From: Octopus bimaculoides
Lineage: Eukaryota
DNA: 40,145 bases
Reading direction: 5' to 3'
Assembly (NCBI RefSeq): GCF_001194135.2
Contig: NC_068992.1
Span: 32,597,003-32,637,147 of the forward strand
Shown here: in pieces, positions 1-10,121 of the stretch
Position numbering within the stretch: the stretch's first letter is position 1
Layout of the letters: each line of letters starts with the position of its first letter
The notes under the pieces: model-generated
Told to the model about the DNA's origin: nothing
Seen by the model: only the letters and a program-made list of their open reading frames with translations
Databases searched by the model: none
Position numbers and translations under genes: made by a program

Positions 1-38
1 TATATATATGCAAGTATATATATATATATGTATACATA

Positions 39-104
39 GGTGCAGTGGTGGCTGTGTAGTAAAAAACTTGCTTGGCAACCACATGCTTCCGGGTGCAGTC
101 ACAC
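39..104 (+). mobile_element. Truncated tRNA-derived SINE head
   Basis: GGTGCAGTGGTGGCTGTGTAGT...CCGGGTGCAGTCAC: degenerate pol III A-box (TGGCTGTGTAG) and B-box (GGTGCAGTCAC), preceded by a TA microsatellite. Resembles the head of an abundant octopus SINE (from recollection). Confidence 0.6.
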
Positions 105-2598
105 ATTATGGTTGATTTTTTTTATGAGGTCTAACAGAAGTATTATACCGAAGTTTCTATGGGGAAGATTTATTAGAAGGTACATTTTTTAAATACTGAA
201 TTATATCCAGTTTGTATATATATATAAACAGCATGTTGGATATATTTCAGTATTTAAAACCTGTATCTTCTAATAAATCTTCCACATGGAAACGACGGAA
301 TAATATTTCTGTTAGACATCATAAAGAAACCAACCATAATGTAGATGGTGCCTCATGTAGTTGAATATTAACTTTGGCCTGCATAAGAAGGTGATTTCAT
401 GGTAAAATCCTCTTTACGCAATACATTAAGTTATGCAGATAGTTAAACATTCCTTAGAGCGTAATTTCCCTCGCACTTGCAAATACAGGAAAATTTATAA
501 TAAACACAAAACTAAACTTTCGATTTCGACTGCGCCTAACTTAACTGATAACATCGCTACTACTAATCATTATACATTGTGAAGGTTGTCACAGAGTAAG
601 CACAGCATAGATACAAACGTGAATTAGGCACCCTCCTAAAGCTTTCTCTTGTTGTCAAGTATCAAATGCCTGTGGGGATATAAGCAGGTTACAAAATTAG
701 GTTATTCTCTGTGTAGTTAACACTAAGAAAAATGCTCCTGTTATTAACTCTTAAAATGATTGAGCGATCGTTTGCCAAATTACTGATTACTACGAAAACT
801 GCAATATATTCGATAATGAACAAAACTTGAAATTTGATGTGAGTGCTAGCAAAACTCTCCTCATCAAAGTCTCTCGGCGCCTTTATCCGTAATAAACCCA
901 ACTGTATCATTACTATTAATTATAATGGTAGCAATGTTTTTAATATTAGTCGTTATCTAAAAATACGGGGAAATCGTTTGAATAACTAGAATAATAGTAA
1001 TACTAGTACTTATAAGGACTATAATGCAAATTGCGGTTGTTGAAATAAAAGTACTGGTAATGCTCCTCCTAGTGATACGCTACCGATTTAATAAGAGATT
1101 GCATATTTCCAGCGACTAACTGAAAGCCCACTAAATAATAAATGTTTCATCAATAATATTATTTATAAATCCACAGCTGCAGCTCCGAATCTGGTATTCA
1201 TATATATATATATATATATATNNNNNNNNNNNNNNNNNNNNNNNNNNNNNNNNNNNNNNNNNNNNNNNNNNNNNNNNNNNNNNNNNNNNNNNNNNNNNNN
1301 NNNNNNNNNNNNNNNNNNNNNNNNNNNNNNNNNNNNNNNNNNNNNNNGTGTGTGTGTACGTGTGTGAGTGTGTGTGTGTATGTGTGTGTGTGTGTGTGTG
1401 TGTGTTCACATAGGCGCTGCTGCCAACAGATTCGGATTAGTTGCATAATTTATTAACTTCATTAATATTAATTATTTAGGTATTAAAATAAAAGGGTATT
1501 AGTTACAAAATTTTATGTTCTATTATAAGAAACGCTATGCATTAATCTGGTTGAGGCAACTGCTGATCTTTGTGATGCATGGAAATTCTTGAAATCTTTC
1601 AATGTACGAAGAATCTTATTAATTAATGAAATTGGAGTTGCATATAAGTTATCCACATAGGATCAGTAAATCTATTCGATATCATAAACTTATATAATGA
1701 CTGTACCTGCTGTATTACTGGAGCTGTTAACAATGTAATTTGATTTGAATAATTAGTATCATATCTTAATTACACTGTTGGTACTTAATTTGAATTTTTT
1801 TTTTTATTGATATGTATTTTTACTCTAACGCGGTTTGTTGAATATCTTAACCGTAAAAGAGTGTGAACAACAGCAATTATAATCCGATACACTATTAATT
1901 AATGATAAAATATTAACATTTATCAATAAATATGCTAGCAATAACGATTAATAACTAATTTTTGTTAATAATTTCAGTATGAATTATTCATTAGACTTTA
2001 ACTTGTCTTTTTAATGCTAATGTTAACAATATTTAAGATAACACACTAAACTAGTAAATGTCAGTATGCTCACATATCTTCCTTGTTAAATTTTATTCAT
2101 TATTAAACGCCTCAATTTAACTACTTGTGATTTTTACTGAGAAGATGATTAATTCCGTGATAAAATTACACAGTTTTCTCTTACCTGAGCCAGACATATT
2201 TAAGGTAATCGTTAATGAAACATTTTTTAAACATAATTCAATTAAATAGTCTTTCCTAACATAATAATGTCACGATAATATAATGTTATTCCTCTCGTTT
2301 TCTTAGAATCGAAATTGCTGTTGATTTCCTCTTGATAAAGAGTATGGCGTCAATATACTTACTTGTCCCTGTAAATAATATAACTACATTTAGTACTTCG
2401 TGTTTTTTTTACATCGAAATTTCTAGATTAACTATATTATCTTATTTTACGTAAATTCCAAACATGGTTCACACTTAACAACTACACATACAAAAGTTAT
2501 TAGTATATATATATACACATATATATATATACATATATATATATGTACACATATATATATACATATATATATGTACACATNNNNNNNNNNTACACACG

Positions 2599-2633
<35 letters not shown>

Positions 2634-3053
2634 TCAAAAATTTGTGTAATACAATATGTATGCTAGCAATATATATGCATATATGTATATATATGGTGCA
2701 ACGCCGTGCCGATAACCAGCTGGTAGAAGATCTTTCTGGGGTTTCCTAGAAGTAACATGGAACAGCCACTTTGATGTGGCTTCAAATTTACTTGTTAGTA
2801 TATTTACCACTCTGATCTCTTCATGAGATTTTACAACTAGCTATTTTGCTTATATATATATATATATATATATGTTTAATTGTGGCACAGCAAGGCACCA
2901 ATGTTTGGTAGAAACAGTAGTCGATAACAGTACGACGCAACACAAAGCTTCACTGAATGTATACAGACAAAGATATGTGTGAGCGGCGAACATAGAATAT
3001 TTTCGTCGCACCTCAAGGAAAAACACTCGATTAAAGGACAACCTAGAATGGAT

Positions 3054-3129
3054 AACCTAGTACTAGAGTTTCGGACTTTCCAGAATACTCTTGTTATCGG
3101 AAACCCTGCCAGTCTTCTTCAGCTAGGTT
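3054..3129 (-). ncRNA. Type I hammerhead ribozyme motif, family A copy 0 (best preserved)
   Basis: Minus strand: AACCTAG-CTGAAGA-AGACT..(43 nt domain)..AGTCC-GAAA-CTCTAG-TA-CTAGGTT. Perfect 7-bp stem I, intact CUGANGA and GAAA boxes, GUA cleavage triplet. Stem II closing pair is A.C. Confidence 0.8.
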
Positions 3130-3148
3130 CATCGAAGACGAAATTTAA

Positions 3149-3233
3149 AACCTAGCTGAACAAGACTAACAAGACTAACCAGATTTACGATAACAAACGT
3201 ATTCAGCAAAGGCCGAAACTCGGGTACTAGGCC
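3149..3233 (+). ncRNA. Type I hammerhead motif, family A copy 1 (core mutated)
   Basis: AACCTAG-CTGAACA-(9-nt duplication AAGACTAAC)..AGGCC-GAAA-CTCGGG-TA-CTAGG. G8 of the core is changed to C, so probably inactive. Confidence 0.65.
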
Positions 3234-3567
3234 ATTTATTCGGCGTTCTTTCTACAGGGAAGACAAAATTATTTCATGTTCGCTGCCTATATAAATGTTT
3301 GCCTATATACATTCAATGAAGCTTTACATAGCGTCGTACGGTTATCCACTGCAAACATTAGTGCCTTGTTGTGCTATTATTTCCTATTTATAATTCTACC
3401 TTTACAATGTTTTATTTAGCTTGAAAACAATACTATTGTATTGCAATAATATTTATAAATTTTTTATATAAAACTTTTTCAATGATCTCTGTTCTGTTTA
3501 CGGCTAGGCGTATCAGCCGAATATACTGGCATTGATGTAGCGGATATTTTAAATTTCGTCGTCGGTG

Positions 3568-3643
3568 AACCAAGCTGAAGAAGACTAACCAGATTTAAGA
3601 AAACTAACGTATTCTCGTAAGTCCGAAAATCGCGTACTAGTTT
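3568..3643 (+). ncRNA. Type I hammerhead motif, family A copy 2
   Basis: AACCAAG-CTGAAGA-AGACT..AGTCC-GAAA-ATCGCG-TA-CTAGTTT. Core boxes intact; stems I and III partly mismatched. Confidence 0.7.
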
Positions 3644-4861
3644 ATCCATTCTAGGCTCTCCATTTATCCAGCGTTCTTCCTAGAGGTAAGACAATTTTTT
3701 TCTTTATGTTCACCGCCCGCATACATCTTTGCCTATAGGTATTCAGTGAAGATTTACATAGCGTCGTACGGTTATCGACTACTATTTCCAGAAAACATTG
3801 GTGCCTTGTTGTGCCACTATTTCCTGTTTATAATTCCACCTGAATGGTGCTTTATTTAGCTGGATAATAATATTATTGTATTGCAATACTATTCATAATT
3901 TTTAGACATTTAATAACAGAGTGCCGTGAGCACCACCTCAGCCATCTTTGAGGTTATTATATCATTTTCTTTGTGTCGACATCTAGAATCCGAAAAAGTT
4001 GGGAGGAAGAATCGGTGAGGTTTGCAATAAGGTCGAAAATCCGGCTGAAAAAATTGTACCTCGATGCTATTACCACAACGATCGCCCACCCAAACTCAAA
4101 CTAAGGAGTTTAGTAACGTACCATCGTAAGCACACACGTTCAATCAATAACTTTGGCGTTGGTCCCTGAATCGTTTTTGAGGTTTTATGGCTCAGTTTCT
4201 AATATTCCTCGTTACCATCATAACGATAATGGGCTATTATCTTACTATCTTGTCTTACTTCCCTCTTAAATATATTTACATTGGTATATTAAAACACAAA
4301 CAATACCTTTGGGAGGTCGTTCTATGCTTTTTCTAGATATTATGGCTAAAAATATGTAATGTGAGACTCGTTCCTTGTCGGGATATCATATTCTTAAAGG
4401 CACGAGTCTTTGACTGCGTTTTTTTAAAGTTGTGGCGCTTGCGACGGTCTGTTACTAAACGCCTCACCGGCAGAATGATATCCTTGCATTGTATGCAGAC
4501 AATTAGACCCAGCTGATTATATAATCCGCTCTTGAGCTATTCAGACATGTACATTTTATTGAATATGCAGTCCATATCATACTTCAGAATTTGTGAGGGG
4601 CATTGCTGAGACAGGTGAATAAAATATAAATAAATAATAATTGAAGGACCGGTGTCAGTTCATTACGGCCGTTTGTAACGAATCCTTTAATTGATTAACG
4701 AGTACATTATATTATTATAAAGAACCCGTTTTCCGCAGATACTTAATGACATGCCAAATGTTTTAACATACTTTAAAATGCACGGAGCGAAACACTTTCA
4801 CTGATTCTGCTACAATTTTAGTTGACAGATTCAATCAACTGAAATAGTAGACGAATTAGTG

Positions 4862-4935
4862 CCAACCAAAGCCTTGTGAGTGGACTTCGCTTGGTAGACG
4901 GAAACTAGAAAGAAACCTTTCGCACATATATGTCT
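4862..4935 (+). mobile_element. SINE body/3' fragment
   Basis: CCAACCAAAGCCTTGTGAGTGGA...TTGGTAGACGGAAACT ending in a TA-rich tail. Matches my recollection of the body of the SINE whose head lies at 39-104; no second copy in the window. Confidence 0.5.
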
Positions 4936-4974
4936 GTATATGCGTTTGCCATTGTGTCTAGGTTTATCACTTCA

Positions 4975-5155
4975 TCACTGCATGACATTCTGCATTATGT
5001 CTACATGTCCGTAACTTAACGTTTCGGTATACGAATCGACAGAAGGAGCATGAAACTAACATAGAAGTACTGGTGCCGATTTATTCGGCTATAAATATTT
5101 TGAGGCGGTACCCCAGCATGACCGCAGTCAAATAATTGAAACAAGTAAAAAGATA
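4975..5155 (+). mobile_element. SINE 3' fragment (dispersed family, several copies in window)
   Basis: 3' end CAGCATGACCGCAGTCAAATAATTGAAACAAGTAAAAAGA is the reverse complement of the starts of the copies at 14412 and 26645. Confidence 0.75.
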
Positions 5156-5424
5156 CACCAGGGTTAGTCGAATATTATCTGCACTTTCATTGAAACTAAG
5201 GACGAAAAAGCGCAAGAAACAGTAGATAGATAACTGCATAGGCAGCCAAAGCACTCTTCTCCACTGGAAGAAGCAAGCCTGCGGACTCCTGGAAGAAGAG
5301 CATTGAAACGGAAGGAGAGTATGTCGAAAATTAATGTACTCGTTCAACTTCGGAATTTTTTTCCAATAATAAAAAGAGTGCATGTAATTTTTTAAAATTC
5401 AGCCTCGTGTTTGGACACACTAAC

Positions 5425-5461
5425 ATACACACGCACACACGCACGCACACACAGATACACA

Positions 5462-5502
<41 letters not shown>

Positions 5503-5505
5503 CCA

Positions 5506-5545
<40 letters not shown>
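5425..5545. repeat. (CA)n compound microsatellite
   Basis: Direct inspection. Confidence 0.95.
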
Positions 5546-5549
<4 letters not shown>

Positions 5550-5914
5550 CATACTATTATAATCATTTTTAAAAATTATTATATTTATTAATGTTTTGCT
5601 GAAGAAACAGGGTAATCCAAGGGTCGAGACATTCCTACATTGGCATTAATTTAACTAGTTATAGGCCGAAGAGTCAAAAGTTACATTTCCTTCAATTATT
5701 GTAGAGCGAATTTTAAAAACTATTACATTGTTACGTTGATAATTTATATTTTTGGAATAATTTGCCCATTATGTCGTTCAATAAGTAAATACATAAATAC
5801 ATAAATAAACCATCATCTGTTTCACCTGTAACTAGTTTAATAATTGCATGCACGCAAAACTCTTTGCCTTTCAGTCTCTCTGTTGCTTCTGCTAAATATT
5901 AATAAAAATAAACA

Positions 5915-6350
5915 TATACTGATATTTTGAGTTGTATTATAATGCTTACAATTTCTGTATAAAAATGTCCACTGTTCTCGGTTCTGTTTATGGCTTCGGC
6001 TATCAGTTGAGTGTATAAGGAATTGATATAGCGGATATTTAAAATGTTGTCTTTCGACGAACCAAGTTGACTAGAACTAAACAGATTTATGATAACAAAC
6101 ATAACCTGTTAAGTTCGAAATTGGAGTACTCGGTTATATATTTTCTATTGCGTTGTCCTAGTAGTACGATGAAAACATTATTTTATTCGCCGTCCACACA
6201 CATTTTCGCATTTATACATTCAGTGAAGCTTTACTATGGTGTCATACGGTTATCGACATCCATTTCCAGCAAACAATGGTATCTTCTTGTGCCACTATTT
6301 CTTATATATAATTCAACATTTAGGGTGCTTATCGCTGGAGAACAATATAT
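5915..6350 (+). repeat. Solo, roughly unit-length copy of family A repeat
   Basis: Colinear with 3430-3880 (GTTCTGTTTA.GGCT, GCGGATATTT, CATTCAGTGAAGCTTTAC, TTGTGCCACTATTTC). Followed by (GT)n at 6360-6405. Confidence 0.85.
6060..6135 (+). ncRNA. Type I hammerhead motif, family A copy 3 (core mutated, stems intact)
   Basis: AACCAAG-TTGACTA-GAACT..AACAG..TTATG/CATAA..CTGTT..AGTTC-GAAA-TTGGAG-TA-CTCGGTT. Confidence 0.6.
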
Positions 6351-6355
6351 AAATA

Positions 6356-6411
<56 letters not shown>

Positions 6412-6427
6412 CATACAAACACGTGTG

Positions 6428-6467
6428 TGAAGGCGCACGGCTGAGTTGTTAGAGCGTCGGGCTCACA
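6428..6467 (+). mobile_element. Truncated tRNA-like SINE head
   Basis: GAAGGCGCACGGCTGAGTTGTTAGAGCGTCGGGCTCAC: A-box-like segment between (GT)n and (TA)n. Confidence 0.4.
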
Positions 6468-6891
6468 ATATATATATACGAAGTGTTGAACAGAAACAGT
6501 ACAAGGAGAAAAGTAAGACGAAATCAGAGTAAACGGGAAAGTAGACGAAATCTAAACCGACGAGAAATTACCTTTGATACTGATCAATTTTGCAGGCGCC
6601 AGTACTTTCATTAAGCTACTGCGAAAAACTAGCGCATGTGTGCAGTGACAAAAGCAAACAAGAAATTATATAAATACAACAAAGAACGAATTATGCATAT
6701 ATAAAAACACGACGCCTTACGGCTCTATACATACCTAGAGAAAAAAATACTAATAATTATACACATGCCATAAATACATCAGAAACAAATTTACAGTTAT
6801 CAAACGAACTAAGTAGGTTTGCACAAAGAGAAACTAGAGTAACTCCTAGAGGCCATTACGGACGTCCATAACGGACTTAGAGATATACGCA

Positions 6892-6892
<1 letters not shown>

Positions 6893-6922
<30 letters not shown>

Positions 6923-6950
6923 ATATCTATCTATCTATATATCTATCTAT
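6893..6950. repeat. (TATC)n microsatellite
   Basis: Direct inspection. Confidence 0.95.
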
Positions 6951-6966
6951 TTATAAATATATATTT

Positions 6967-8003
6967 ATATATATGCAGACACACACACATGAACGCACAT
7001 ATACTTCCACCCACACAGGACATACAGGCACAACAAATACATACATGCACACATACATATACACATGCGTACATGCACATCCACACTCACTCACACGCAC
7101 ATACGCACACACTTCTCCACACGCACACACGCCACCAGGTATACACACACTCATGCTACAATACACACACGCGCCACCATAGATGCCACCACACACACAC
7201 ACGCACATACACATACACACAGATAGCAACTATACTTCACACTCGTCTGCCCTAGGAAGCACTTTCTCTTTGTCCATTTACTTCCGGTCATTTCAAAAAT
7301 GTAACTATGCATGGACTGCTAGCAATTTTTTGCTCCTTCTTAGTTTTCTTTTGGACTTTCCTATGTCTCCTATTCCCGAAGAAAGGCTATGCTCCAAGCG
7401 TAAATCAACCACTCTTTTTTCCTTCTCTGAGCGTCTCATTAATACATTACATGTACTACGTCCTCCCATTGTTATTTTGTCTTGTCTTTTCTCCGTCGTT
7501 CTTTAAATTAACTATACATACATACATATTTCTCTCTCTATATATATGGGTGTGTGTGTTTGCGTGCGCGTGCGTGTGTGTTCGTGAATGTATGGAATAA
7601 TGTGCTATAAATCTCATCAATTTAGTTATAGAGGGAGGAGACAAGTTGTTAAAATATATAAAACGTTTAAATCTTGCAGACGATCGTTTTGTACAGAGAT
7701 ATGTTAATAAGAAGAATAATGTAAATTCATGGTTGGATTAAATTAAATTAATTAAATATCAATGTACTCTTCAATGCAGGAAGTAGAATCCATAATACAA
7801 GGACTTGAGAAGGAATATAGCAGAAAAATTGGATCTAGGAGATTCATATTATTTGAAGATATAAGTAAAGAGATATCACAGATGTTCCCTCTATTGATGA
7901 GTATAGAAATTAGAAATTTTAACTCCAAATAAGTAACATAGGGCAAATAAGTATCAGAAATATCCAATGGAAAAGACACTCGTAGGTTTGAATTCAAATA
8001 CAA
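6967..8003 (+). repeat. Left inverted arm (pseudo-LTR-like) of Penelope-like element
   Basis: CCTAGGAAGCACTTTCTCTTTGTCCAT (7250), TACTACGTCCTCCC (7455), TGCAGGAAGTAGAATC (7775) and AAATAAGTA..AGAAA..TCCAATG (7945) all recur inverted in 10122-11564, including the CA-rich low-complexity block. Confidence 0.9.
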
Positions 8004-8308
8004 GCAACCAAAATTTTACTAACGGAAAGAATAATATATATTTTAGTAATTTCCACCTTCCTAACCACACTAATATTAATAAACCTAGGAATACTGACAA
8101 CAAACATCAAAACTATATAATTAGAGATAAAAATAAGAACATTAATCCAATAAACAGAAAAAAATAAGAACAATCTAAGTACGCTAAATTCATTCAATAA
8201 CATACACAACCATAGAACTCAATAATGATGGGAACAGAATAGCAAAAACAGAAGCCAATACCTTGTATAAGAATAGCTGACACTCTAACCACAACACAGC
8301 CTTTCAAC

Positions 8309-9073
8309 AGAGCAAGCAAAAATTATACTACTTGGATTATAATCCTTTTTGCCAAACTTTTAAAATCTAACTTTATTAGAACCTTTAGAATGATAATTAA
8401 TAACATCTTCAAAAACTCTAAATTTGCTAAAATGTTTAATAATAAAAAAATTAGATTTGGATTTTCAGTTTCTCCAAATCACTTTAGGGTGATTTCTTCT
8501 TTCAACAATAAGAAACTGGATCTATTCTATAATAAAAAAAATACTACGATAACTGTACTTAGTTCTTCCAATTATCTTACAATTAACAACAACAATACTT
8601 CTAATAACCATAACGTTATTATTCCAACAAAATATAGACATAACACCACCACACCACCCACTAATCCAAATGCCTGTGAAGTAGATAGAAATTGTAAAAT
8701 GAAAGAAGTTGTATACCTAGCACCTATTATTACTCAGGACTTCTCTAGGTATAGGCTGGTTGCACACAAAACTCAATCAAATTGAGAATTTATAACCACA
8801 AATCGTCTATTAGGGACTATCGAAAAGAGAAAGTACAGGACGATCTAAAAGTGTTTGGCACTTCAAAAGAAACAATATTAATTTCTCGATCTCTTGGAAA
8901 ATCCTATCTGCTGCCCCCTCTTACAGAAATAATAATAAAAAATTGTAGGTTATGTTAAGAGGAAAGCTATAACATAAGGAGAATGAATGGAAATCAATCT
9001 GGTTAATACTAGGGATGAAAATGTTTACTCATGTTAACACATGACCAAATTCTTATTCACCAATGAAAAATAG
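8309..9073 (+). pseudogene. Penelope-like ORF C-terminus (post-RT region and GIY-YIG endonuclease), frameshifted
   Basis: Joined frames give ..W/YNP.FAKLLKSNFIRTFRMIINNIFKNSKFAKMFNNKKIRFGFSVSPN..ISSFNNKKL..C.VDRNCKMKEVVYLAPI..*AGCTQNSIKLRIYNHKSSI..VWHFKRNNINFSISWKILSAAPSY..CRLC*EE..LVNTRDENVYSC*HMTKFL. This matches the PLE GIY-YIG pattern (VVY..YIG..R..NH..W.I..A..Y..C.LC..EK..LN.R.E...C.H..K). Confidence 0.85.
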
Positions 9074-10121
9074 ATATTCACTCACCTTTTGCTTAGTTTG
9101 ATATTTAAAAAATATATCTATATATTACCATTTCCTATAGAATATAATTACTCATTACGTCCCCTTCACATTACTATATCTTACACTATCTTTGTACATT
9201 TTTTCTTTAATATATCCTTCTCACAAATGCATGACCCACCATATATAGGGCTATCACTTTATCTCCCCTACACTTTTTCCTCCACATGTTTGGATATAGG
9301 AAATTATATCTTTCCTTAGAATGCAGTATACTTATAATTTGGTGTATTTTATTTGCATAATCTATCTATGTACGCCCCATTTTTGCATTCCTTTCCCCTT
9401 GTCATTCTCGCTATTATTGGCATATGTTATTTGTTACTATACCTTATAAGTACATATATTTTACTGCTGATATATACACACATGTATGCATATATAGTAG
9501 TTATATTATGAGCAGATTTTCGTACACTTGCGTGTACCCTTCTACTAATACTTTTTCTTATACTCATACTGGCACTACACCCCTACAACATGAATATCAT
9601 TAAGACCTTGTTACCATTACATATCCTTCTCACATAATATTATGCTAGATTATTACCTCTCAAATAATTTTTTATATATAACACACTTACAAATCAATAT
9701 GCCAAGCTTTATTTATTTTTTTATTCTTCACTTTCTCCGTTCATATATCTCCCCTACATTTATTTATTGTTTTTGTATACCTATCTTTATTTTCAATTTC
9801 AATTTAACTTTTTTCATCTTTATAGATCCATCAAGTACGTACTATTTTAATTGTAATATTAACAACTGTTTTGCTGTTTTTACATTTTTAATGCTTTATC
9901 ATTAATACGTATTACCTAATATGATTTTCTATGCAAATGTGAGTCCCTTATATACATCATATTCTCTCTTTAACTCTTTCTTATCCCTCTATTTCTCTTA
10001 ACATTTGTTTACTTTAACTATCTAGTATTAGCTTCTTATATATCAAATCCTCACGCTAAACTTCATTCATATGTATAGAAATCTGTTTACAAATACATTA
10101 TACTACGTAATGATTTCAACT

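Larger units (their letters stand above)
2881..3905. repeat. Family A ~410-420 bp hammerhead-containing repeat: one inverted partial copy (2881-3150) and tandem forward copies (3149-3905)
   Basis: Blocks such as CAGTGAAG(C/A)TTTACATAGCGTCGTACGGTTATC and GTGCCTTGTTGTGC recur at ~3320-3385 and ~3745-3815, and in reverse complement at 2881-2960. Core-to-core period is 419 bp (3156 to 3575). Confidence 0.9.

Noticed and set aside
689-910. 73-aa minus ORF with faint cadherin-like flavour (GLLRIKAPRDFDEE)
   Set aside because: Lacks the A.D.G.P and D.NDN.P motifs; length is within chance expectation for this composition.
1184-1436. 10-bp inverted repeat TCCGAATCTG/CAGATTCGGA around a gap
   Set aside because: Too short, flanks extend poorly and the interior is unresolved.
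5599-5640. CTGAAGA..GAGAC hammerhead-like string
   Set aside because: GAAA box mutated and no convincing stems I-III.
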